The notes beneath the pieces are model-generated. The model searched no databases, was not told the origin of the DNA, and saw nothing but the letters and a program-made list of their open reading frames with translations. Shown in pieces: positions 9,865 through 17,831 of a stretch of DNA of 40,509 nucleotides. Within the stretch, counting starts at the first letter, position 1. Each line of letters starts with the position of its first letter. Source of the stretch: Oscillospiraceae bacterium (GTDB taxonomy: Bacteria; Bacillota; Clostridia; Oscillospirales; Oscillospiraceae); the NCBI GenBank assembly GCA_031264545.1, contig JAISDV010000151.1:1-40509 (forward strand), given 5' to 3'. Both the position numbers and the translations under genes were made by a program.

Positions 9865-11739
9865 TCAGAAAGGCCAGGCGCCGGGTATCCACGCCAACAG
9901 GTCGGAATATGCCCGCGGAACGGGCAGGCCCGACAAGACGGGGTAGAACGCGACAAACAGAATCAGGCAGGCCGCCGCTGCGCCGTAGATCTTCGGTTTC
10001 CATTTCGGGTCACGCAGCCGAAACGAATTGAACACATGGCACAGCGCGATCACAAGGAAGATCAGGCAGGGGAAATAGTGGTATTCAAAGGTGATGCGCG
10101 TAATCAGCATCCAAGGCAGGAGCTGCGCAAAATATCCCAACAGGATAAAGAGTGCCTTTCCATCCCTGAACCGGACAGTTTTCCAGCCCATCGAAAGAAC
10201 CGCAAGCAGTCCGCCCCAACAGACGAGGGGGTTGAGGAAAGCGCCGAAGGCACTCTTCGTGTTATCCGGCAGAGATTTGAGGAAGTAGAGTATCGGCCGG
10301 CCGTCCACGATCCATTGATACCAACGGGAGGAATAAGGATGACTGGCATGGACGCCTTCATGATAGCTGAGCATATGCGTCTGATTGTCCAGCACAAGCT
10401 TTGCATAGTCCTTTTCAAAGAACATGGAAAGCCCTGACATGCCCTCCGCCTTACCGTAAGGGTAATAGCTGATATAATAGACTGCGGCGGGGACGATCAC
10501 AAAGAACAGCAGGCACTGGAAAACATCTCTGATAAGCTCCCTGCGGTGCGCCCTGACTTGTCCGGCCATAATGAGCTCCCGCCCTCTTATGATGCGGAAA
10601 AGCAGCCAGATCACGGCAAGACCTGCGCCGGCATAGATCGCCGTCCATTTCGAAGCCGCGCCGATACCGAAAAACAGGCCGGATAAAAACAGCGGGACAC
10701 TTTCCTGATGCGCTTTCATATAGGGGTCATCCCGCGGCGCGGTGATATAGCGGTACATGAAAAAATACATGAGAATGATGAAAAACACACCGTAGGTGTC
10801 GATCGTCGCAATGCGGGTCTGCGTAAAGTGCATGAAGTCAAAGGCGAAAAGCAGGGTGCCGCAAACGGAAATCGCCGTCGAGCCGAACAGGTTCTTGAGA
10901 AAGATATAGAAGAACGGCAGCATCAGCACGCCGAAAAGCACGCCCATAAAGCGCCAGCCAAAGGGATTGAGGCCGAAAGCGCGGATTCCCAGCCCGATAA
11001 TTTGCTTGCCCAGCGGCGGATGCGTGTTTTCATAGGGCTTAAGCTCACGGATGTGCTCATAGGCCGTACGCGCGTGGTAAATCTCGTCGAAATACGTGCT
11101 GTTCATATAGCTTGAGCTCTCCGGCACGGTTTTTTGCTCATCGAACAGCGGCGCGCAGCCGGCGTCATAAGTCATCACGGCGGGCGAAATGCGGGTGCCC
11201 GACGAGTCGTAAAGGCTCAGCTCGCCCATCTCGAGCGTTGCGTCCGCGATGATGCGGATAAATTGCGCGGTCTTGTTGGGTGTTTCGAGCTGTGCCTCGT
11301 TCCACTTGAAAATATCCGAATAGCCCTGGGTCATGGTGGCTTCGTCGGTATAGGCCTCGCCGTCGAGCGAATACTGGAGAAAGTAATTGCCTGTGTAAAG
11401 CCCCGAGTAATACATCACACGCGAGATCGGCGTTTCCTCCGGCAGCGCGATTACGACGTAACGGCCATTTTCGGAGAAGCGGCAGAAGCTTTCCGGATTC
11501 TGACGGTCGCCGAGCCCGTAAAAAGCGACTGCGGCATAGATCGCTGTGATGAGCAGGAGGGGAAGCAGGTCCTTTTTTTCCATGGGAAAACGCCGCCGCG
11601 GATAGCTCAGCGCGGCTGTTTCCCGCTCGCAAACATCCGCCACGGGATCCTCGTGCCTGAAAAGCCTGATATACAGAGAGAAGAAGAAAAACACCAGCGC
11701 GACCGCCAGTATCAGGAACACGATAGGAAGAAGCTGCAT
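9865..11739 (-). CDS. GT39/PMT-family (dolichyl/polyprenyl-phosphate-mannose type) membrane glycosyltransferase with an extra extracytoplasmic insert
   Basis: 624 aa and polytopic. It carries the YFDEIYHARTAYE loop-1 motif of the PMT/GT39 family. Residues about 75-200, between the early TM helices and that motif, look discoidin-like (YFLQYSLDGEAY...FIRIIADATLEMGELSLYD). A GGAG RBS precedes ATG 11739. Confidence 0.75.
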   Translation of the reverse strand: MQLLPIVFLILAVALVFFFFSLYIRLFRHEDPVADVCERETAALSYPRRRFPMEKKDLLPLLLITAIYAAVAFYGLGDRQNPESFCRFSENGRYVVIALPEETPISRVMYYSGLYTGNYFLQYSLDGEAYTDEATMTQGYSDIFKWNEAQLETPNKTAQFIRIIADATLEMGELSLYDSSGTRISPAVMTYDAGCAPLFDEQKTVPESSSYMNSTYFDEIYHARTAYEHIRELKPYENTHPPLGKQIIGLGIRAFGLNPFGWRFMGVLFGVLMLPFFYIFLKNLFGSTAISVCGTLLFAFDFMHFTQTRIATIDTYGVFFIILMYFFMYRYITAPRDDPYMKAHQESVPLFLSGLFFGIGAASKWTAIYAGAGLAVIWLLFRIIRGRELIMAGQVRAHRRELIRDVFQCLLFFVIVPAAVYYISYYPYGKAEGMSGLSMFFEKDYAKLVLDNQTHMLSYHEGVHASHPYSSRWYQWIVDGRPILYFLKSLPDNTKSAFGAFLNPLVCWGGLLAVLSMGWKTVRFRDGKALFILLGYFAQLLPWMLITRITFEYHYFPCLIFLVIALCHVFNSFRLRDPKWKPKIYGAAAACLILFVAFYPVLSGLPVPRAYSDLLAWIPGAWPF

Positions 11740-11798
11740 TGTGCCGTCTCCTGTTCCGGACTGTTATTGAAAGGCGCGCGTTCCGGGACGAGCCCCCT

Positions 11799-12515
11799 TC
11801 AGCCCATTTTTACCGCGACATCCAGTGCAAGGCCGATCATCTCCGCAAAGCCGAGCTGTCTTTCCTCGGCGCTCATGAGCTCGTCCGGCCGGTAGATGTG
11901 ATCCGAGACCGTACAGAGACAAAGCGCCCGTTTGCCCGCGCGCGCGGCGGTCAGGTACAGGCCGGCGGCCTCCATTTCGACGGCGAGAACGCCCATCCGC
12001 TTCCACTTGCCGAGGTCGCTGTTCTCGTCGCCGTAAAAGCTGTCGCTGGACAGAAGGCTGCCTACCCGGATACTGAGCGTTCTCGCCTCGGCGCATTCGA
12101 CCGCCGTGCGCAACAGAGCAAAGCTTGCTGTCGGCGCGAGCGTGCCGGGAACGCCGAACTTCTGTGCGAACGCCGAGTCGGTGCCCGCGCTCATGCCCGC
12201 AACGATATCCCGGAGCTTCAGCTCGTCTGCCAGCGCGCCGGCGCTGCCTACTCGAATGATGTCCTCAACCCCATAAAAATTATAAAGCTCGTAGCTGTAG
12301 ATACCGATCGAGGGGATGCCCATACCGCTGCCCATCACAGTGACGTCAATGCCTGATTTTTTCCCGGTATAGCCCTGAATGCCCCGGACGTTGTTCACCA
12401 GCACGGGTTCATCCAGAAAGTTCTCGGCAATAAATTTTGCCCGCAGGGGATCTCCGGGCATAAGCACGGTTTTTGCGATCTGTCCTTTTTCTGCGGTGTT
12501 ATGCGGTGTCGCCAT
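11799..12515 (-). CDS. deoD: purine nucleoside phosphorylase, DeoD type
   Basis: MATPHNTAEKGQIAKTVLMPGDPLRAKFIAENFL...VNNVRG...MGSGMGIPS...VEMEAAGLY is nearly collinear with E. coli DeoD as remembered. Confidence 0.92.
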   Translation of the reverse strand: MATPHNTAEKGQIAKTVLMPGDPLRAKFIAENFLDEPVLVNNVRGIQGYTGKKSGIDVTVMGSGMGIPSIGIYSYELYNFYGVEDIIRVGSAGALADELKLRDIVAGMSAGTDSAFAQKFGVPGTLAPTASFALLRTAVECAEARTLSIRVGSLLSSDSFYGDENSDLGKWKRMGVLAVEMEAAGLYLTAARAGKRALCLCTVSDHIYRPDELMSAEERQLGFAEMIGLALDVAVKMG

Positions 12516-12546
12516 ACTGCCGCCTCCAGTCTGATCTTACCGGAAC

Positions 12547-12575
12547 AGAATATCACATTTTGCCGGAATATTCAA
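12547..12575 (-). promoter_or_regulatory. sigma-A-type promoter of deoD
   Basis: Minus strand reads TTGAAT (12575-12570), 17 nt, then TATTCT (12552-12547), with a TGa extended -10. Confidence 0.45.
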
Positions 12576-12638
12576 GCCGGGACACGATTTACTGCGCGGC
12601 GTCCATAGTTTCCGCCGTACAGGGCCTGTTACGCAGAG

Positions 12639-12697
12639 CAGCGGCATTTTTTTGAAAATGCCGCTGAAATCCCCGTTTCGGGAGGAAACGGGGATTT
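12639..12697 (-). terminator. two tandem perfect hairpins downstream of rplA
   Basis: Hairpin 2 is AAATCCCCGTTTC (12667-12679), loop GGGAG, GAAACGGGGATTT (12685-12697). Hairpin 1 is CAGCGGCATTTT (12639-12650), loop TTTG, AAAATGCCGCTG (12655-12666). Both are palindromic, so either strand can fold. Confidence 0.6.
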
Positions 12698-12712
12698 TTA
12701 ATAGCCGGTTCG

Positions 12713-13405
12713 CTATACGAGCTTGGCCTGGTTTATCTTGACACCGGGGCCCATGGTCGAGGCGGTGACGCAGCTCCTGATATACTGGCCCTTCGCGGCG
12801 GCGGGCTTGGCCCGGATGATCGCGTTGACGAGCGCCGTAAAGTTCTCGTTGAGCTTTTCGGGGCCGAAGCTGACCCGGCCGATGGGGCAGTGGATGATGT
12901 TGGTCTTGTCCAGACGGTACTCGATCTTACCGGCCTTGATTTCCTTGACCGCCTGAGCGATATTGGGCGTGACGGTTCCGGCCTTGGGGGTCGGCATGAG
13001 GCCCTTGGGCCCGAGTATTTTACCGAGACGGCCGACAAGCCCCATCATGTCGGGCGACGCGACGACCACATCGTAATCGAAGAAGTTCTCGGTCTGGATT
13101 TTCTGGACCATATCGGCTCCGCCGACATAGTCCGCGCCCGCGTCCCGGGCCTCCTGCTCGCGCTCCTCCTTGCAGAACACGAGAACCTTGCGTGTCTTGC
13201 CGGTCCCGTGGGGCAGCACGATGGCGCCGCGGACCTGCTGGTCCGCGTGGCGGGAGTCGACACCGAGCTTGACATGCAGCTCGACGGTTTCGTCAAACTT
13301 TGCTTTTGAAGCCTTGAGGACTAGCTCGAAAGCCTCCATAGGGTCGTAAAGATTCTGTTTATCAACGAGCTTAGCGCTCTCTTTGTAATTTTTACTTCTG
13401 AACAA
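12713..13405 (-). CDS. rplA: 50S ribosomal protein L1
   Basis: 230 aa reading ...[34 protein letters not shown].... The start codon is TTG (13405-13403), with GGAGGATAAACTAAA upstream. Confidence 0.93.
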   Translation of the reverse strand: MFRSKNYKESAKLVDKQNLYDPMEAFELVLKASKAKFDETVELHVKLGVDSRHADQQVRGAIVLPHGTGKTRKVLVFCKEEREQEARDAGADYVGGADMVQKIQTENFFDYDVVVASPDMMGLVGRLGKILGPKGLMPTPKAGTVTPNIAQAVKEIKAGKIEYRLDKTNIIHCPIGRVSFGPEKLNENFTALVNAIIRAKPAAAKGQYIRSCVTASTMGPGVKINQAKLV

Positions 13406-13490
13406 TTTAGTTTATCCTCCTTGTGATGTGGTTCGTCGGATGGAAATATCCTCCCACGTAAAGGGAACGGCGCGTTCCGCCGGGACAGGG

Positions 13491-13511
13491 TCTCGCGTTA
13501 TGAATTCAGGC
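13491..13511. repeat. degenerate half copy of the palindromic repeat family in the rplK-rplA spacer
   Basis: Minus strand reads GCCTGAATTCATAACGCGAGA. It shares CCTGAATTCA..A.CGCGA.A with E1. Confidence 0.4.
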
Positions 13512-13513
13512 GC

Positions 13514-13942
13514 TTAGTCCTTTGCGACCAGAACGCCCATGCTGCGGCAGGTCCCGGCTACCATGCTCATGGCCGCCTCGATGGTTGCGCAGTTGAGGTC
13601 GGTCATTTTGAACTCCGCGATTTTACGCAGATCCTCGCGGCTGAGGGTCGCGACCTTATCACGCTGGGGCACGCCGGAGGCCGTCTCTATACCGCAGGCC
13701 TTCTTGACGAGAAGGGCGGTCGGAGGCGTCTTTGTGATGAAAGAAAAGGTGCGGTCGGAATAGACCGTGATAACGACGGGGATCATCATGCCGGCATCGT
13801 TTTTGGTACGCTCGTTGAAATCCTTGGTGAACTGGCCGATATTGACGCCGTACTGGCCGAGCGCGGGGCCTACGGGAGGCGCAGGCGTCGCTTTGCCCGC
13901 GGGAACCTGGAATCTGACAATACCAACAACTTTCTGTGCCAC
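13514..13942 (-). CDS. rplK: 50S ribosomal protein L11
   Basis: 142 aa reading ...[35 protein letters not shown].... The start codon is GTG (13942-13940), with AGGAGGTG upstream. Confidence 0.93.
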   Translation of the reverse strand: MAQKVVGIVRFQVPAGKATPAPPVGPALGQYGVNIGQFTKDFNERTKNDAGMMIPVVITVYSDRTFSFITKTPPTALLVKKACGIETASGVPQRDKVATLSREDLRKIAEFKMTDLNCATIEAAMSMVAGTCRSMGVLVAKD

Positions 13943-13960
13943 TTTACGTGCACCTCCTAA

Positions 13961-14485
13961 TTATTCTGAAACATATTCGACCTGGTAGTAGTCCAGATCG
14001 ACGGGCGTCTCCCTGCCAAACATGGAGACAATGACGCGGACGCGGCTCTTCCCGGAATCGACCTCTTCAACGGTACCCAGAAAACCTTCAAGGGGACCCT
14101 CGTTGACCTTGACCGTATCACCGATCTTGAAGCCCTCGACGATCTCATGGCGCTCGACGCCCAGATCGAGAAGCTCCTGCTCAGTGAGTGGGATAGCCCG
14201 GCCGTCGCTCCCGACAAAGCCGGTCACGCCGCGCACGTTGCGTACCAGATGCCAGCTCTCGTCGGTCATGACCATCTTGACGAAAACATAGCCCGGATAG
14301 GTTTTCCGCTCGACCGTTTTTTCGCCCGAGTCGGTAAATTCCGTGACGGTTTCCATCGGGATATTGACCTCTGGGATAAGCTCCTGCATCCTGCGGTTTT
14401 CGGCGGCCTTCAGCACGGCCGCGGCAACAGCGTTTTCATAGCCCGAATATGTGTGGACAACATACCACATTGCAGCTTCAGCCAT
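13961..14485 (-). CDS. nusG: transcription termination/antitermination factor NusG
   Basis: 174 aa. An N-terminal WYVVHTYSGYEN (NGN domain) and a C-terminal KOW segment (FKIGDTVKVNEGPLEGFLGTVEEVD). Confidence 0.92.
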   Translation of the reverse strand: MAEAAMWYVVHTYSGYENAVAAAVLKAAENRRMQELIPEVNIPMETVTEFTDSGEKTVERKTYPGYVFVKMVMTDESWHLVRNVRGVTGFVGSDGRAIPLTEQELLDLGVERHEIVEGFKIGDTVKVNEGPLEGFLGTVEEVDSGKSRVRVIVSMFGRETPVDLDYYQVEYVSE

Positions 14486-14489
14486 GACG

Positions 14490-14762
14490 CTAACCCACCA
14501 GTTTTATAAGCGCGTTGACGCCCGCATCCGCCAGGGAATCAAAGGCCCAGAGCACGACCGCCGAAACGAGGCTGAGGACAAGGGTGATACCCGTGTTCCT
14601 GGCGGTCTGCGCCCTTGTGGGCCAAACAACCTTTTTCAGCTCGCTTTTCAGGTCGCGGAACCACTGGCTCAAACGCGCCTTAACGTTTCTTTTTTCACTT
14701 CCGGTAGATTTTCTGACGGCTTCCGTTGTCTTTTTAACCGAGTCTTCCGTGGCTTTTGACAT
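14490..14762 (-). CDS. secE: preprotein translocase subunit SecE
   Basis: 90 aa reading ...FRDLKSELKKVVWPTRAQTARNTGITLVLSLVSAVVLWAFD.... It sits in the canonical position between rpmG and nusG. Confidence 0.88.
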   Translation of the reverse strand: MSKATEDSVKKTTEAVRKSTGSEKRNVKARLSQWFRDLKSELKKVVWPTRAQTARNTGITLVLSLVSAVVLWAFDSLADAGVNALIKLVG

Positions 14763-14787
14763 TTGAATACATCCTTTCTCAAAAAAC

Positions 14788-14937
14788 CTACTTCGTTTCG
14801 GAATGTGTTGTGTGCTTACGGCAGAACGGGCAGTACTTGCTCATTTCAAGACGGTCCGGGGTATTCTTCTTGTTCTTGAAAGTGTTGTAATTCCGCTGCT
14901 TGCACTCGTTGCATCTCATAGTGACTTTAACGCGCAT
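14788..14937 (-). CDS. rpmG: 50S ribosomal protein L33
   Basis: Internal ATG at 14937 with AGGAGGTG upstream gives [49 protein letters not shown] (49 aa). Confidence 0.92.
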   Translation of the reverse strand: MRVKVTMRCNECKQRNYNTFKNKKNTPDRLEMSKYCPFCRKHTTHSETK

Positions 14938-15059
14938 TTCGGCACCTCCTCGTTTAATTTGGCCTGACGGCCACGCTGCCTCCCTGTCCGGTGCGGACGA
15001 GTCAAGCGGGTAAATTTTCGCGCATAAAAACAAAACCTCTCCGCCGACAGGTAAATTGT

Positions 15060-15088
15060 ATTCTAGCACAGTTTTTCGACCCGGTCAA
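15060..15088 (-). promoter_or_regulatory. strong sigma-A-type promoter of the rpmG-secE-nusG-rplK-rplA cluster
   Basis: Minus strand reads TTGACC (15088-15083), 17 nt, then TAGAAT (15065-15060), preceded by TGc. This leaves a leader of about 120 nt before rpmG. Confidence 0.55.
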
Positions 15089-15316
15089 CATATTTTTTGT
15101 AGACGTTTCAAGGTGTTTCGGGTATTTTTGCTCAGGAATATCCTGCGGTCATATCGGCGCGAAGACGCGCAAGAGACCGTCATTGCGCAGAGGCCGCCGT
15201 CTTTTTTGCCGCCGTATTTGTTCAATGCTACAGGAATCACTTGCGTGTTGTTTTGCGGGAACGGGCATGCTATACTTATGCCATATATCAGGACATATAC
15301 GGCGGAGGCGGTTTTT

Positions 15317-16582
15317 TTGACGGCGGAGGAAGCGATCAGTTTTATTCACGAAAGGGCCTGGCGGGGTTCCAAGCCGGGCCTTGCGCGCACAAGGGCGCTG
15401 CTCGCCGAAATGGGCGATCCGCAAAAACGCCTGCGCTTTATACACGTCGCCGGAACCAACGGCAAGGGCTCGGTTTCCGCGATGCTCGCTTCCATCCTTC
15501 AAAGCGCCGGGTTCCGCACAGGGCTGTATACCTCGCCGTATCTCACAAGCTTTAACGAGCGCATGCGCGTGAACGGAGAACCGATCTCCGGCGGCGAGCT
15601 TGCGGAGCTTACCGCCGCGATCGCCCCTTGCGCCCGCGCGCTGGCCGACAGGCCGACGGAATTCGAGCTGGTCACAGCCCTTGCCTTTTCCTATTTTGAA
15701 CGGCAAGGCTGCGATGCCGTTGTGCTCGAGACGGGGCTGGGCGGCAGGCTCGACTCCACAAACGTGATTGAAGCGCCCGTATGCAGCGTTATAACCAATA
15801 TTGGCCTTGACCACACGCGCGAGCTGGGCGACACGGTGGAAAAAATCGCCGCCGAAAAAGCGGGGATCATTAAAAGGGACCGGCCTGCGGTCATTTACGA
15901 TCTGCCGGAGGCTGTGACGGCGGTCCTTGCGGCGCGCTGCCGTGCCGCCGGCTCAAGGCTTATCCGGGCGGATTTTTCCAAGGTCAGGCCGGTTTCGGAC
16001 AGTCTTGAGGGGCAGGTTTTTTCCTACGGCGGCGCCGCTGCGCTGCGGCTGCCCCTGCTCGGCGCACACCAGCTTAAAAACGCGGCGCTCGCGATCGAAA
16101 CCGTCAAGGTCCTGCGTGAAAACGGGTTTGACATTTCAAGCGAAGCGGTTCGGCGCGGCTTTGCGCACACGGTCTGGCCGGCGCGCTTCGAGCTTATTTC
16201 TCGAAAGCCCTGGTTCGTCGTTGACGGCGGACATAATCCGCAATGCGCGGAGACTGTCGCCGAAAACCTGCTGCATTATTTTCCAGACCAAAAGCGGATC
16301 AGCCTTTTCGGCGTGCTGGCGGACAAGGACTACATGCGTCAGGCGGCGATTTTAGATACCGCGGCGGACGCTTTCGTCACGATCACCCCGCCCAGTCCCC
16401 GCGCTCTGCCCGCGGACACGCTTGCCCGAAGGCTGCGTGTCTTCGGCAAACCCGTGTTCTCCGGCGGAAGCATTTCGGAGGGCATTGAAACGGCGCTTTC
16501 CCTCGCTGGAGAAAACGGCGTGGTCTGCTCGGTCGGCTCGCTGTATTCGGCGGGGCCGGTCCGGGCTTATTTCGGTAAATAG
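15317..16582 (+). CDS. folC: bifunctional folylpolyglutamate synthase / dihydrofolate synthase
   Basis: Mur-ligase-type motifs are present (HVAGTNGKGS P-loop, ...GLGGRLDSTNV...). Preferred start is TTG 15317, with GGAGG at 15304-15308 and an 8-nt spacer. ATG 15278 is the alternative. The track start at 15056 runs into the divergent rpmG promoter and is rejected. Confidence 0.85.
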   Translation: MTAEEAISFIHERAWRGSKPGLARTRALLAEMGDPQKRLRFIHVAGTNGKGSVSAMLASILQSAGFRTGLYTSPYLTSFNERMRVNGEPISGGELAELTAAIAPCARALADRPTEFELVTALAFSYFERQGCDAVVLETGLGGRLDSTNVIEAPVCSVITNIGLDHTRELGDTVEKIAAEKAGIIKRDRPAVIYDLPEAVTAVLAARCRAAGSRLIRADFSKVRPVSDSLEGQVFSYGGAAALRLPLLGAHQLKNAALAIETVKVLRENGFDISSEAVRRGFAHTVWPARFELISRKPWFVVDGGHNPQCAETVAENLLHYFPDQKRISLFGVLADKDYMRQAAILDTAADAFVTITPPSPRALPADTLARRLRVFGKPVFSGGSISEGIETALSLAGENGVVCSVGSLYSAGPVRAYFGK

Positions 16583-16641
16583 CCGCAGCATTTCACATAA
16601 AGAAGGTGATTACCGGCGCTCAAAACAAATAGGACCCTGGT

Positions 16642-16736
16642 CAGAGTAGGACTTGGCGCGTTAAGTGCAGGCGGATGGGAGTTGCCGCCTGACGAAAGGG
16701 CTTTTATGCCCTGCGGTGCCTTGTCCGCATCCGCTG
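16642..16736 (+). promoter_or_regulatory. THF (tetrahydrofolate) riboswitch aptamer
   Basis: CAGAGTAGGACTTGGCGCGTTAAGTGCAGGCGGATGGGAGTTGCCGCCTGACGAAAGGG...CTGCGGTGCCTTGTCCGCATCCGCTG aligns block for block with the remembered E. siraeum THF riboswitch. The matching blocks are AGAGUAG, GCGUUAAGUG, AUGGGA, ACGAA, GCGGUG and GCAUCCGCU. It lies directly upstream of folT. Confidence 0.85.
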
Positions 16737-16737
16737 C

Positions 16738-16760
16738 CAAAAGGAGCGCCGCTCCTTTTG
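16738..16760 (+). terminator. expression-platform hairpin of the THF riboswitch (terminator-like)
   Basis: CAAAAGGAGC, loop GCC, GCTCCTTTTG, a 10-bp perfect stem ending in a T-run. The 5' arm contains an SD-like AAGGAG. Confidence 0.45.
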
Positions 16761-16764
16761 TGGC

Positions 16765-17307
16765 ATGACACGAAAGGAAGAATCACAATTGAAAGAAAGC
16801 ACCACACGTATTCTCACCCGGGCTGCGATGACCGCCGCGCTTGAGATTATGCTCAACCGCTTTGCGTCCATCAACACCTTAGGCCTGAAAATCGGCTTCA
16901 GCTTTGTGCCGATTGCCCTGTGCGCCATGCTCAGCGGCCCCTGGGTCGCCGGCGCCTGCTACGCCCTTGCTGATTTTTTGGGCGCGCATTTGTTCCCGCT
17001 CGGTCCGTATTCCCCCGGCTTTACGGTGATGGCCTTTGCCATGGGCGCGGTCTACGGCCTCTTTTTGTATAAGAAAGAAAGCCTGCGCCTTTTCCCCGAT
17101 ATACTGGCGCCGACCCTGATTAACTGCCTGATCATCGGCCTGTGCGTCAACACGCTCTGGGTATCCGTCCTCTACGGCAGCAGAACCTACTGGGGTTGGT
17201 TTGTCTACAGGCTTGCCCAGTATGCCGTGCTGATTCCGGTGCATCTGAGCCTGCTTCCGCTCCTCGGAAGACTGAGCCATATTCTGAAAAAGAGAGGTGC
17301 CGCATGA
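16765..17307 (+). CDS. folT: folate ECF-transporter substrate-binding (S) component
   Basis: Hydrophobic protein of about 175 aa (...RILTRAAMTAALEIMLNRF...IGFSFVPIALCAML...) sitting behind a THF riboswitch. In-frame TTG 16789 has the better RBS (AAAGGAAG, 8-nt spacer) and may be the true start. Confidence 0.75.
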   Translation: MTRKEESQLKESTTRILTRAAMTAALEIMLNRFASINTLGLKIGFSFVPIALCAMLSGPWVAGACYALADFLGAHLFPLGPYSPGFTVMAFAMGAVYGLFLYKKESLRLFPDILAPTLINCLIIGLCVNTLWVSVLYGSRTYWGWFVYRLAQYAVLIPVHLSLLPLLGRLSHILKKRGAA

Positions 17308-17714
17308 GAATCATGGCCGTCGACTACGGCGACGCCCGCATCGGGCTCGCGGTTTCGGACGAAACGGCGACACTCTGCGGCGAGGCCTGGACGCTTCCCG
17401 AACGGAGCATGGCGCGCGCAGCCGATAAGATCGTCAGGGAAGCGGCCGAACGCGGCGTTTCTCTCTTCGTGCTCGGCTATCCGAAAAACATGGACGGCAC
17501 GCTCGGCCCCCGGGCTGAAAAGAGCGCGGAATTCAAGGCCCTGCTCGAAGCCCGCTCAGACATCCCCGTCAGGCTTTGGGACGAGCGGCGCACGACCGTG
17601 GCCGCGCATGAGATCCTCCGCTTAAACGGCAGAAAGATGAAAAGCCACCGGGCGCGCGTCGACGCCGTTGCCGCCTCGCTGATTCTCGAAGGCTATCTCG
17701 GAACGTTGAAATAA
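17304..17714 (+). CDS. ruvX: Holliday-junction resolvase-like nuclease RuvX (YqgF)
   Basis: MRIMAVDYGDARIGLAVSD...GYPKNMDGTLGPRAE...WDERRTTVAA. The ATG overlaps the folT stop as ATGA. Confidence 0.88.
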   Translation: MRIMAVDYGDARIGLAVSDETATLCGEAWTLPERSMARAADKIVREAAERGVSLFVLGYPKNMDGTLGPRAEKSAEFKALLEARSDIPVRLWDERRTTVAAHEILRLNGRKMKSHRARVDAVAASLILEGYLGTLK

Positions 17715-17756
17715 CACGGAAACATTTTGCCGCGCTTTCGCGTCTGAGACTCAGAG

Positions 17757-17783
17757 CCTGAATTTTCAGACAACGAAACGCCC
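17757..17783. repeat. degenerate half copy of the palindromic repeat family upstream of the DUF4349 gene
   Basis: CCTGAATTTTCAGACAACGAAACGCCC compared with CCTGAATTTATAGCGCGAAACGCC at 40132. Confidence 0.4.
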
Positions 17784-17831
17784 GCGCGGCCCTTGGCGTC
17801 TGTGCGGGACTGTCAGAACGGAGGAGCGACA

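Noticed and set aside
15056-15316. Long N-terminal extension of the folC ORF
   Set aside because: It overlaps the rpmG-operon promoter and leader on the other strand, has no RBS, and the family similarity only begins near codon 88. TTG 15317 with GGAGG, or ATG 15278, is preferred.
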